Shown: one piece after another, positions 8,920-18,043 of the stretch
Position numbering within the stretch: the stretch's first letter is position 1
How the letters are laid out: the number at the start of each line of letters is the position of its first letter
IMG/VR virus record: IMGVR_UViG_3300036399_001297
Location: 19,005 to 83,004 of that record
Reading direction: 5' to 3' (one strand)
Source of the DNA: a virus
DNA: 64,000 nt
The notes under the pieces: model-generated
What the model was told of the DNA's origin: nothing
Database searches by the model: none
The model's input: the letters and a program-made list of their open reading frames with translations, nothing else
Translations under genes and position numbers: made by a program

Positions 8920-10719
8920 ATGAAAAATATTATATTTGAAACTTTAAAATTTCAAAACTTTCTATCGGTTGGGAATTCGCCAATCGAAATTAATTTTACT
9001 CAAGGTATTAATATAATAACCGGAGAAAATCTAGACAATATAGGTAGTAGAAATGGCATAGGAAAAACTACTATATTAAATGCTTTATATTGGAATATTT
9101 TTGGAGAGACTATCAACGATCTTAAAAAAACAAGAATACAAAATAATAAAAGTAAAGATGAATGTTTTAGTGTTTTAAATTTTAGTGCCGAAAAAGACCT
9201 TTTTAAGATCAAAAGAGTTTTAGAGCCAGCATCAATAAAAATTTTTAAAAACGATGAAGATATAACATTATCTACTATCGAAAAAAACAATGAATATATA
9301 TGTGATGTATTGGGGGTAAATCAAGATGTATTTAAAAATTCTGTTATATTATCGTCAGATAACACCATACCTTTTATGGCGCAAAAGAAAATAGAAAAGA
9401 GAAAGTTTATAGAAGGCGTCATGAATTTAAATATTTTCAGCGAAATGCTTTTAAAAATAAGAAAGGATTACAATGACACTAAAAAAATTTCTGATACAAA
9501 AACCGTTCTTTTTACCAGCGAGCAAAAAAATCTAGATAATTTAAAAAAACAAAAAATAAACAACGAAATTCTTAAAAATGAAAAAATTGAATCGTTATTA
9601 AATAGAATCGAAGACAATAAGAAAGAAATTAAAAATATACAGAATAATGATTTTGATGTAACAAATACCATTAAAAACCTACAAGAAGAGTTGTATAATA
9701 AAGAAGAAAAAATAAACGACATCGAAACAAAAGATTTTATAAAAATAAATGAAAAGTTAAAAGATTTTGAAATTTCTTTAAATGTAAAGAAATCAAAAAT
9801 AATAGATTTGAATAAAGAATTAGACAATCTTAAAAAAGCAACAGGTGTTTGCCCTAGCTGTAAAAGACCTTACTCGGAAGATAAATGTTCAAGCGAAGAT
9901 AGAATAAATGAAATAACAACAGAACTTGATAACCTAAAGAAAGACTTTAACGATATTTCCGATGAAGACGAAACATTAAAACTTAAATTAAACAAAATAA
10001 AAGAGATATTACAACAATCAAAAATTAAAAACGTTCAAATAAAAAAAGAAATAGAAAGACTTAAAAATTTAGATAATCAGATTAAAATTATAGAAACTAA
10101 AAACGAAGAGATATTAAAAAATATAGAAGCACTAAAGGATGAAAAAGACAATACTGATATATTAATAGAAAATTTAACAACCGAAATAAAAACAATACAA
10201 GAAGAAATAAAAACCTTATACAAAGAACTCGACATCCTAGAAAACGCTAAATTGATAGTTTCAGAAGACGGTGTTAAAACTATAATCATAAAGAAAATTT
10301 TAAAATTTTTAAATGAAAGATTGAACTTTTATCTTTTAACACTAGAAGCACCATGTTCATGTTATTTTGACGATACATTCGATACGACCATAAAAACATT
10401 AAACGGTAAAGATATGGATTATTGGAATTTATCTGGTGGAGAAAGAAAAAGAGTTGATGCTGCTGTAATTTTTACATTTCAAGATTTATTAAAAATGCAA
10501 ACTGGTATAAATTTTAACATCAGTATATATGATGAATGGGCTGATAGCGCATTAGATGAAAAAGGACTGGTAAAATTTTTGGAAATTTTAAGAAATAAAG
10601 TTAATAAAGAAAACGAATCAATATATATAATATCTCACAATCCAAATATTTCCAATATGGACATAGATAATATAATATTCCTACAAAAGAAAAACGGTAT
10701 TACTTCTATTAAAGTATAG
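8920..10719 (+). CDS. gp46-like recombination endonuclease ATPase subunit (Rad50/SbcC family)
   Basis: FQNFLSVGN, Walker A NGIGKT, coiled coil with CPSC zinc hook, LSGGE signature, IYDE Walker B, ISH. Confidence 0.93.
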   Translation: MKNIIFETLKFQNFLSVGNSPIEINFTQGINIITGENLDNIGSRNGIGKTTILNALYWNIFGETINDLKKTRIQNNKSKDECFSVLNFSAEKDLFKIKRVLEPASIKIFKNDEDITLSTIEKNNEYICDVLGVNQDVFKNSVILSSDNTIPFMAQKKIEKRKFIEGVMNLNIFSEMLLKIRKDYNDTKKISDTKTVLFTSEQKNLDNLKKQKINNEILKNEKIESLLNRIEDNKKEIKNIQNNDFDVTNTIKNLQEELYNKEEKINDIETKDFIKINEKLKDFEISLNVKKSKIIDLNKELDNLKKATGVCPSCKRPYSEDKCSSEDRINEITTELDNLKKDFNDISDEDETLKLKLNKIKEILQQSKIKNVQIKKEIERLKNLDNQIKIIETKNEEILKNIEALKDEKDNTDILIENLTTEIKTIQEEIKTLYKELDILENAKLIVSEDGVKTIIIKKILKFLNERLNFYLLTLEAPCSCYFDDTFDTTIKTLNGKDMDYWNLSGGERKRVDAAVIFTFQDLLKMQTGINFNISIYDEWADSALDEKGLVKFLEILRNKVNKENESIYIISHNPNISNMDIDNIIFLQKKNGITSIKV

Positions 10720-10754
10720 TTGTAATTTGTTAAAAATATGTAATTATAGTATAC

Positions 10755-12062
10755 ATGGCAATTTCACTTAGAGAAAACGATAGTAATATTAATAATAAAG
10801 TTGTATATCAATATAACATTATAAAATCAGGATTTCCTAATGCTCCTGTTGGAATGCCAACAGGATCTCCAAGCTATTCTTATGTGGCGGCAAGTCCTAT
10901 AAAAGTACCAGAACCACCTCCAATAGAAATGCCAGAAGCAAATTTACCTAGAGCATTAAATTATTATGCTGATTACGGTGGCTGTGGATATTGGCGCATG
11001 ATTTGGCCAGAATACCTTATTAATGGGTATAATAAAGGTATTATATCGGGAATGACTCAAATGATACTTGATATGCGTTTTTATAGTTCATTAAAAGCCG
11101 TTAGAATGCAAAGACAAGCCACCGATTCTCAGGTTGCATTTGTAGAAGAATTACAAAAAGTCAAAAAACAAATGGGATTCCGTTTGATCTATGAAATTGA
11201 TGATATAGCACTAAGAGATGATATTCCTCTTTATAATAGATGCAGAGATGCTTTTACAGACCAAAAGATTGTAGATAATATCATGAAAGTTATGGGATCG
11301 GTTGACGAAATAACCGTAACATGTAAATTCATGAAAGATTACTACCAAGATAAAACTGGTAATAAAAATATTACAGTTTTACCTAACTATGCTCCAAAAT
11401 TCTGGCTGGATAAATATTACGATAGAAAAAAATTAGAAAATAATTTTGATAAAAATAAGAAAAGACCTAGAATACTATATGCTGGATCAGGAACTCATAT
11501 TGACGTTCTAAATAGAACAGGCGGCAAGGATGATTTTGGTCATATTGTTGAGTCTATTATAAAGGCTAGAAAGAAATTTAAATTTGTATTTAAAGGATGT
11601 TATCCAGTAGCATTGAAACCATTCATCAATTCAGGTGAAATGGAATTTCACAATTGGTCGCCTTTATTTGAACTACCGAAAGGATTAGAAGAATTGGGCT
11701 GTAATGCAGTATATGCGCCTTTGGTTGATAATATTTTTAACAAGTCTAAATCTAATATTAAAATGATTGAATCCGGTGCTATCGGCCTACCCGGTGCATT
11801 CCAAGATCTTTGTACCTACGAAGAAGCACCGTTTAGATTTAAAACCGGAGATGAATTAATAGATCAACTATCTACGATAACAAAAGATTTTGATTCTTAT
11901 ATCAAGCATTCTACCAATGCTAGAAAATATGTTGAAACGATGTGGCTTGAAGATCATATCAACGAATATGAAGCCGTATATTTCACAGAATATGGCAGCA
12001 AAGAGAGAAATAAAAATGCTCCTAGATTGATAGAACTTAACCCCGAACAAAAAATAAATTGA
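10755..12062 (+). CDS. putative GT-B fold glycosyltransferase
   Basis: ADYGGCGYWRM, YEIDD, ILYAGSGTH, APLVDNIFNKSKSNIKMIE. Confidence 0.7.
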   Translation: MAISLRENDSNINNKVVYQYNIIKSGFPNAPVGMPTGSPSYSYVAASPIKVPEPPPIEMPEANLPRALNYYADYGGCGYWRMIWPEYLINGYNKGIISGMTQMILDMRFYSSLKAVRMQRQATDSQVAFVEELQKVKKQMGFRLIYEIDDIALRDDIPLYNRCRDAFTDQKIVDNIMKVMGSVDEITVTCKFMKDYYQDKTGNKNITVLPNYAPKFWLDKYYDRKKLENNFDKNKKRPRILYAGSGTHIDVLNRTGGKDDFGHIVESIIKARKKFKFVFKGCYPVALKPFINSGEMEFHNWSPLFELPKGLEELGCNAVYAPLVDNIFNKSKSNIKMIESGAIGLPGAFQDLCTYEEAPFRFKTGDELIDQLSTITKDFDSYIKHSTNARKYVETMWLEDHINEYEAVYFTEYGSKERNKNAPRLIELNPEQKIN

Positions 12063-12086
12063 CGGTCATAAAAAATATTGTATACT
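12059..12086 (+). promoter_or_regulatory. sigma70-like promoter of DNA polymerase gene
   Basis: TTGACG-N16-TATACT, with ATG (12093) 6 nt after the -10 box. Confidence 0.65.
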
Positions 12087-12092
12087 ATTTCG

Positions 12093-14654
12093 ATGGGGTT
12101 TCGCAATATTTTTTATAACAATAAAACAAATTCTATTCATCTGTGGACGTGGGATGAAAACGGAAATCGGACAGAATTCGATCAAACCGTAGAACCTTAT
12201 TTTTTTATAGAATCTAATGATGCTAATGACGGTGTTTCTATTTTTAAATCAAATCTAAAAAAGATAAAATTTGAAAATAATTATGATAGAAAGAATTACT
12301 TGGAATCATCGCCAATTAAAAAAATATATCACAATCTACCAATAGAACAGCAATATCTATTAGATACATTCAAAACTGGTATTAAAGATGAACACCCCTT
12401 AAAAATTTTCTATCTTGATATCGAAACTTATGCAACCAATAGAAAATTTTCCACACCAGAAGAAGCATCAGATCCCATAAATCTCATAACTATATATGAT
12501 AGTTTGTCTAAAAAATTTTATACATGGGGATTAAAACATTCTTATTATACAAAGGATGATGATGTTATATACACAAAATGCGATTCTGAAAAAGAATTAT
12601 TAGTTTTATTTTTAAAATTTTGGCGGTCAGATTATCCAGATGTGGTTACTGGATGGAACTCTCATGGGTATGATATTCCTTATATTATAAACAGAATCGA
12701 AAAAGTGTTGGGTGAGGATAAAAATAAAAAACTTTCTCCTGTAAATAAAATATGGCTTAAACCCAAAGCATCCGTAAATCTAAAAGGACAAGCAAAAGAT
12801 AGGTGGATAATATATGGAATATCCCATCTAGACTATATGGACGTTTATCAAACCTTTGCTTTAGGGGATAGAGAATCGTATTCTTTGAATTATATTTCCG
12901 AATACGAATTAAAGGAACAGAAAGTGGCCTTTAATTCCGTATCATTGTCAGATTTAGCCGATACAGATTGGCATACCTTCGTAGATTATAATATCCAAGA
13001 CGTAAAACTTCTTATTAAACTTGAAGAAAAGTTAAAATATTTAAAATTAGTTAAAAATTTAGCATACAAAGGATTTATTCCATTCGAAAGAGCGATGGCA
13101 AAGGTGCAACTAATTACAGGAGCAGTAGCATTTCAAGCTCTCAAAGATGGTATGTATATACCAACATACAATATACAAAACGAAAAGGGAAAGTTTGAAG
13201 GCGGGTATGTCAAAGAACCCGTACCCGGTCTGTATGAAAATATCGTAACATATGACGCTAATTCTTTGTATCCGAATACAATTATAACCTTAAACATATC
13301 ACCCGAAACTAAAGTGGGTAAAATTACAAAAATAGAAAATAATAATTACCATTTATTACTTTCAAATAATAAAGAGGTTGTTATATCAAAAGAAAAATAC
13401 GATAAATTAATAACAAAAGAAAACCTAGCTGTATCTAAATCCAATGTACTATATACTCAAAAATTTAAAGGAGTAATACCAAAATTTGTAGACAATCTTT
13501 ATGATCTTAGAGTAAAAGCTAAAAAAGAACAAGGTAAATACGAAAAATTGTATTCAAAAGAAACCGATATAAATTTAAAAGCAAAATACGAAGAACTTAT
13601 TACCGATAATAAAACGTTATCGGAAGTTTATAAAGTGGTCTTAAATTCTTGTTACGGTGTATTCAGTCAAAAATATTCACCTTTATTTGATCTAGACCAT
13701 GCCGAATCCATAACTTTAACAGGACAATCTGCGGTTAAACAAGGCGCTCAAATAATGTTTGATAAATTTATATCAGAAGGAATCGATTGTAAATTTGATG
13801 ATATAATTAGATATTCTGACACTGACAGTATATTTATAGAATTTACAAAAATACTGAAAGATAGAAATATAAATCTAGCAAAAAATAATTTGATCGAAAA
13901 AGATTCAAACACCTTGATAGAAAATTTTGGAGATTATCTAAACGCAGAAATACAAGAATGGGCTAAAAAAGAATTAAATTCATTAGACCCTCGATATGTT
14001 TTCAAAAGAGAAAAAATATGTGATATTGCGGTTCTACAAAAGAAAAAATTTTACATATTACATATTTTGGATAGTGAAGGGATTGCTAAAAATGAATTTC
14101 TATATAAAGGAATCGAAGTAGCCAAATCTATCATGTCAAAAGAAGTTAAAAGTCTTATAAAAAATAGTATAGAAACAGCAATTCTTTCTAAGAATAAAGA
14201 AACATCGATGAGAATTTTCAATGAAAGTTTTGAAAAATTTCTGAATTTCAACGAAGAATTACTATCGGTTAGAAAAAAAGTTAACGATTATGATAAAGGA
14301 GAAAGGGGATATGTTGATGGTAAATACGCACTAGGTACACCAAATCATACTAAGGCCGCTATAAATTATAACGAACTTCTCAAAAAATTAGAAATTGATA
14401 ACAAATATTTAAAAATTGGAAACGGCCAAAAATTTAAATTTTTCTATTGCGAAAGAAATAAATATGGATATTCAAATATGGGATTTTTTACAGATTATCC
14501 AGAAGAATTTAAGACTTATATAAAACCAGATTATAAATTAATGTTTGAAAAAACTATAGCTCCTGTTATCGGAAGAGTTTATTCTATTATCGGATGGCCA
14601 AAACCTAAAGTTGGATTCGATTATCATACAAACCTATTAGACCTCTTCTCTTAG
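12093..14654 (+). CDS. family B DNA polymerase (gp43-like)
   Basis: Exo motifs DIET and GYDIPY; pol motifs YDANSLYP, KVVLNSCYG, YSDTDS; no intein seen. Confidence 0.96.
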   Translation: MGFRNIFYNNKTNSIHLWTWDENGNRTEFDQTVEPYFFIESNDANDGVSIFKSNLKKIKFENNYDRKNYLESSPIKKIYHNLPIEQQYLLDTFKTGIKDEHPLKIFYLDIETYATNRKFSTPEEASDPINLITIYDSLSKKFYTWGLKHSYYTKDDDVIYTKCDSEKELLVLFLKFWRSDYPDVVTGWNSHGYDIPYIINRIEKVLGEDKNKKLSPVNKIWLKPKASVNLKGQAKDRWIIYGISHLDYMDVYQTFALGDRESYSLNYISEYELKEQKVAFNSVSLSDLADTDWHTFVDYNIQDVKLLIKLEEKLKYLKLVKNLAYKGFIPFERAMAKVQLITGAVAFQALKDGMYIPTYNIQNEKGKFEGGYVKEPVPGLYENIVTYDANSLYPNTIITLNISPETKVGKITKIENNNYHLLLSNNKEVVISKEKYDKLITKENLAVSKSNVLYTQKFKGVIPKFVDNLYDLRVKAKKEQGKYEKLYSKETDINLKAKYEELITDNKTLSEVYKVVLNSCYGVFSQKYSPLFDLDHAESITLTGQSAVKQGAQIMFDKFISEGIDCKFDDIIRYSDTDSIFIEFTKILKDRNINLAKNNLIEKDSNTLIENFGDYLNAEIQEWAKKELNSLDPRYVFKREKICDIAVLQKKKFYILHILDSEGIAKNEFLYKGIEVAKSIMSKEVKSLIKNSIETAILSKNKETSMRIFNESFEKFLNFNEELLSVRKKVNDYDKGERGYVDGKYALGTPNHTKAAINYNELLKKLEIDNKYLKIGNGQKFKFFYCERNKYGYSNMGFFTDYPEEFKTYIKPDYKLMFEKTIAPVIGRVYSIIGWPKPKVGFDYHTNLLDLFS

Positions 14655-14861
14655 TTTTTTTAAAAATTCTTTAGCCCAATTACTTACACGTTTTTGGTAT
14701 TCATCTTGAAAATTATCTATGCGATCTATCAATTCTTGGTATGAATCAGTTTCTATTATTTCATCTTCCAATTTAAGATGAGTTCCGTAAAACTTATCAG
14801 TTTCGGGTTGAACCCAAATTTTAAAATTTTTATAATTTTTATTTAAAAGTCTCCAGTTCAT
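14637..14861 (-). CDS. small hypothetical protein
   Basis: 74-aa ATG ORF filling the gap between polymerase and the next gene. Confidence 0.5.
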   Translation of the reverse strand: MNWRLLNKNYKNFKIWVQPETDKFYGTHLKLEDEIIETDSYQELIDRIDNFQDEYQKRVSNWAKEFLKKLREEV

Positions 14862-14917
14862 AAATAATTTTTGATTTGTACTTGAATTATTTATCCAATG
14901 TGTTAAATTAATAATGT

Positions 14918-15316
14918 ATGGAAAACACTACAGAAACAGAAACAGAAACAAAAACAAAACTTATAACATTCCTCGATCCTATTGGCAGAACCATCTTAGG
15001 TGAACAAGAACAATGTGAAACACAATTTGCGGTAAAAAACCCCGTAATTCTTCATGTCGTATCTGATAATCAAGGTCGCATGTCTGTTCAACTATTGCCT
15101 CTATTCTTTAGAGAATTTTTGGCCGATAAATCTGAAGATGTTATTTTTTATTACAACTGTTCTAATATTACAAAAACAAATCTAGAAAGTTTGGATTTCA
15201 GACTTCAGGCTCAATATAATCAACTCTTTAATAAGAGCAATGTGTTCGTTCCTCCTAGTGCTGAAACGGTAAATACCGGAAAATCAGAAAAGGTGGTAAA
15301 TTTATTCGAAGAATAG
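14918..15316 (+). CDS. hypothetical protein (possible Sm-like fold)
   Basis: 132-aa ORF, GRTILGE...VKNPV pattern; preceded by TTGAAT-N16-TAAATT. Confidence 0.6.
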   Translation: MENTTETETETKTKLITFLDPIGRTILGEQEQCETQFAVKNPVILHVVSDNQGRMSVQLLPLFFREFLADKSEDVIFYYNCSNITKTNLESLDFRLQAQYNQLFNKSNVFVPPSAETVNTGKSEKVVNLFEE

Positions 15317-15337
15317 TTTATATAAAAACTACAAAAG

Positions 15338-15372
15338 AAATCCCGAAATGTTTTGACATTTCGGGATTTTTT
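15338..15372 (+). terminator. Rho-independent terminator
   Basis: aaatcccgaaatg / catttcgggattt 13-bp stem followed by T-run. Confidence 0.75.
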
Positions 15373-15380
15373 GTTATTAT
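15353..15380 (+). promoter_or_regulatory. sigma70-like promoter of uvsX N-half, overlapping the terminator
   Basis: TTGACA-N16-TATTAT; ATG 15387 lies 6 nt downstream. Confidence 0.65.
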
Positions 15381-15386
15381 ATCCAT

Positions 15387-16238
15387 ATGGCTAAAACTAA
15401 AAAAGAAAACCTAGAAAACGAACCCCTCGCTGACATTGACGATGCTTTTAAAATCCTAGATGATTTAAATCCAGACGCAGCATTTCTAAATGAGAATACC
15501 CTTTCCACAGTTAAGGAATGGATAGACACTGGTTGTATGGCTTTAAACGCTATAATTTCGGGTTCGTTGTATGGCGGTATACCTATGGGTAGAATTACAG
15601 GATTTGCTGGACCCCAAGCATGTGGAAAAACTTTAATGGTTAATAAAATAATGGCTCATGCTCAAAAGAAGGGTATGAGAGTAGCTTATTTTGATACTGA
15701 AAATGCTCTTGATCCTGATACAGCATCAAATTTAGGATGCGATCCATCAAAAATTAAACATTGTCCAACAGAGGTAATCGAAGAATGTAGAAATCAAATT
15801 GTAAAATTTTTGAAAAGCATCATCGATAATAATCTACAGGGAAAAGTTTTGTTGGTTATAGATTCTTTGGGAAATCTTATATCCTCTAGAGAAGCAAAAG
15901 TAATCGAAGACGGAAAAGATTCGGCAGATATGGGTGCGAGGGCTGTTGCGTGTTTATGTCCAAATACACTTATACACACCATAGACGGAGTTAAAAAGTT
16001 ATCCGATTTAAAAATAGGAGATTTTGTTTTGACTCATTTAGGTAGATATAAAATGATAACAAATAAGTGGGAAACAAACCATAAAGAATATATTAAAATA
16101 AAAACAAAAAATTCTTATATTTTATTATCAATAAATCATAAACTTTTAGTAAAAAGAAATTCAAAACTATCATATATAGAGGCCCAAAATATTAAACCTA
16201 CTGATAAATTATTAAAGTTTAACGAGCAAAATCATTAA
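15387..16238 (+). CDS. uvsX: UvsX/RecA recombinase N-extein (188 aa) fused to split intein N-fragment (95 aa)
   Basis: IDTGCMALN, Walker A GPQACGKT, FDTE, VIDSLGNL, DMGARA, then intein start CLCPNT. Confidence 0.93.
   Translation: MAKTKKENLENEPLADIDDAFKILDDLNPDAAFLNENTLSTVKEWIDTGCMALNAIISGSLYGGIPMGRITGFAGPQACGKTLMVNKIMAHAQKKGMRVAYFDTENALDPDTASNLGCDPSKIKHCPTEVIEECRNQIVKFLKSIIDNNLQGKVLLVIDSLGNLISSREAKVIEDGKDSADMGARAVACLCPNTLIHTIDGVKKLSDLKIGDFVLTHLGRYKMITNKWETNHKEYIKIKTKNSYILLSINHKLLVKRNSKLSYIEAQNIKPTDKLLKFNEQNH
15951..16235 (+). mobile_element. split intein IntN (UvsX)
   Basis: Block A CLCPNTLIHTIDG, LKIGDFVLT, block B SINHKLLV, IEAQNIKPTD; ends at TAA. Confidence 0.9.
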
Positions 16239-16269
16239 AATGTAGAGCAAAATACATAAGTATGAATAT

Positions 16270-17376
16270 ATGGAAAATATATTCATAAATTATTTTAAAA
16301 AGAATAAAATAAAATTATCAGAAAAATCATGGAATAATTTAACTCTTATAAAAAATATAAGAGTTGAAAAATTTTTATCAATACCTAAAAACGAAACTAG
16401 ATATAAATGGTTTTGTGATTATGACGGAACATCAACAGCTTTAAATTTTGTAAGAAAAAATAGCAAAAAAATAATGATAGAAAAACTTTGTTATATATGT
16501 GAAAGTAGTTTAGGTGAACAAACTTTATCAAAACAATTTTCTTTTATATATTCAAGTAATAACGAAAATCTCAAACCATCATCACATTTAAATAAAATGT
16601 GTTTTAATTGCGCCACAAGAGAAAATTCTAAAAACGGATTAGAGAAAAGAAAAAAAACATGCTTAGATAAATACGGCATAGAATATAAAATTTTAGATTC
16701 TGACGTAATTAAAAATAGAAAAAAAATTTTAACCGATAGATACGGTGAAAACTATAAAGAATTTTTTTGGGAAAAAGCAAAAAACACTTATATAAGAAAA
16801 CTTGGCGTTTCTCATAATACAAAAATTCCAGAAGTTCTGGAAAAAATGGTAAAAAATAGATTAGAAACATTAAAAACCTTATCTCCGGAAAAATGGAAAG
16901 AATGGTCTGATAATAAAATAAAGGCATATAACAAAGAAGGATCTAGTGGATTATTTGGCAGAAATGATTTTGATGGAAATAGTAAGATAGCTAAGGATTT
17001 TATATCTAAACTTATAAATGTATTAAATCTGCAAGAGAACGAATATATTACAGAAAAACCACATTCGAAATATAATATTGATCTTTATATAAAAGATTTG
17101 GTTATAGTAGAATTTTATGGTGATTTTTGGCACGCAAATCCAGAAATATATAAACCAGATGACATTATAGGTGTAAGTTACAACACAATTACCGCGAAAG
17201 AGAAATGGGAAAAAGACGCTTACCGAATAGAAAAATTAAAAAACGAATTAAATCTTCCGGTTATAATTGTATGGGAAAAATCATATAAAGAAAATAAAGA
17301 TAAAATAATACTTGATATAATCAAAAATATTAATATAATAAAAACCAACAAAGAAATTAAAACATATGTTTATTGA
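16270..17376 (+). CDS. free-standing homing endonuclease, EDxHD/Vsr-like, between the intein halves
   Basis: C-terminal IDLYI...VIVEFYGDFWHANP...WEKD...IIVWE; three KxTxxx(K/R)(Y/L)G repeats; CxxC...CxxC; TAAGTA 7 nt upstream. Confidence 0.8.
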   Translation: MENIFINYFKKNKIKLSEKSWNNLTLIKNIRVEKFLSIPKNETRYKWFCDYDGTSTALNFVRKNSKKIMIEKLCYICESSLGEQTLSKQFSFIYSSNNENLKPSSHLNKMCFNCATRENSKNGLEKRKKTCLDKYGIEYKILDSDVIKNRKKILTDRYGENYKEFFWEKAKNTYIRKLGVSHNTKIPEVLEKMVKNRLETLKTLSPEKWKEWSDNKIKAYNKEGSSGLFGRNDFDGNSKIAKDFISKLINVLNLQENEYITEKPHSKYNIDLYIKDLVIVEFYGDFWHANPEIYKPDDIIGVSYNTITAKEKWEKDAYRIEKLKNELNLPVIIVWEKSYKENKDKIILDIIKNINIIKTNKEIKTYVY

Positions 17377-18037
17377 AAATAATTACGAAGAAATTGATAT
17401 ACTAGAAATCACAAAAATAGAAGAAGAAAAAACTTTAATAGACATTTCTGTTGAAGAAGATGAGACATTTTGTATTACTGATGAAAGAATTATAAGTCAT
17501 AATTGTAAGTCTATGCTTAGAGCGATTACACATACAGCAGCAAAGGCTAATTGTCCTGTTGTTTTCACTAATCATATTTACGACAATCCTGGTGCGATGT
17601 ATCCAACCTTGATTAAAAACCAATCGGGTGGTTCTGGTCCTCTGTATATGAGTTCGGTACTGGTTCAGATGTCTACAAAGCAGGAACGAGTCGGAAAATC
17701 TGATAATAAAAATTCAAATGATGATGTCACACCTTTATCCAAAGATGTTAACGGATTAACAATGAGAGCATTGACTACAAAAAATAGATTCGTTCCTCCA
17801 TTTTTGGAATGTGAAATGTATCTAAATTTTAGAACCGGACTTTCTAAATATTCAGGATTATTGGAAATGGCAGAAGGTTACGGTGTAATAGCAAAACAAG
17901 GTCATAGATACGCTCTTGGAGAAGAAGTTTTAGGGTTTTATAAAGATTGGAGAGAAGATGAAATCGTCTGGAATAAGATCTTACCAAAACTTGAAGAGAA
18001 ATTGCAAACCGAATTGAAGTTTAAAAAAGAAGATTAA
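17366..18037 (+). CDS. uvsX: split intein IntC (46 aa, 17366..17503) fused to UvsX/RecA C-extein (177 aa)
   Basis: Block F LIDISVEEDETF, block G IISHN followed by Cys+1; then KSMLRAIT..VVFTNH, SGGSG, TKNRF. Confidence 0.93.
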   Translation: MFIENNYEEIDILEITKIEEEKTLIDISVEEDETFCITDERIISHNCKSMLRAITHTAAKANCPVVFTNHIYDNPGAMYPTLIKNQSGGSGPLYMSSVLVQMSTKQERVGKSDNKNSNDDVTPLSKDVNGLTMRALTTKNRFVPPFLECEMYLNFRTGLSKYSGLLEMAEGYGVIAKQGHRYALGEEVLGFYKDWREDEIVWNKILPKLEEKLQTELKFKKED

Positions 18038-18043
18038 TCATTA

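Noticed and set aside
12093-14654. Intein or split in DNA polymerase, helicase or nrdA
   Set aside because: Motif spacing and lengths are normal; no intein blocks seen
16239-17365. Group I intron or pseudogene explanation for split uvsX and terminase
   Set aside because: Both halves carry complete intein blocks with correct junction residues, and the 31-47 nt gaps leave no room for a ribozyme core
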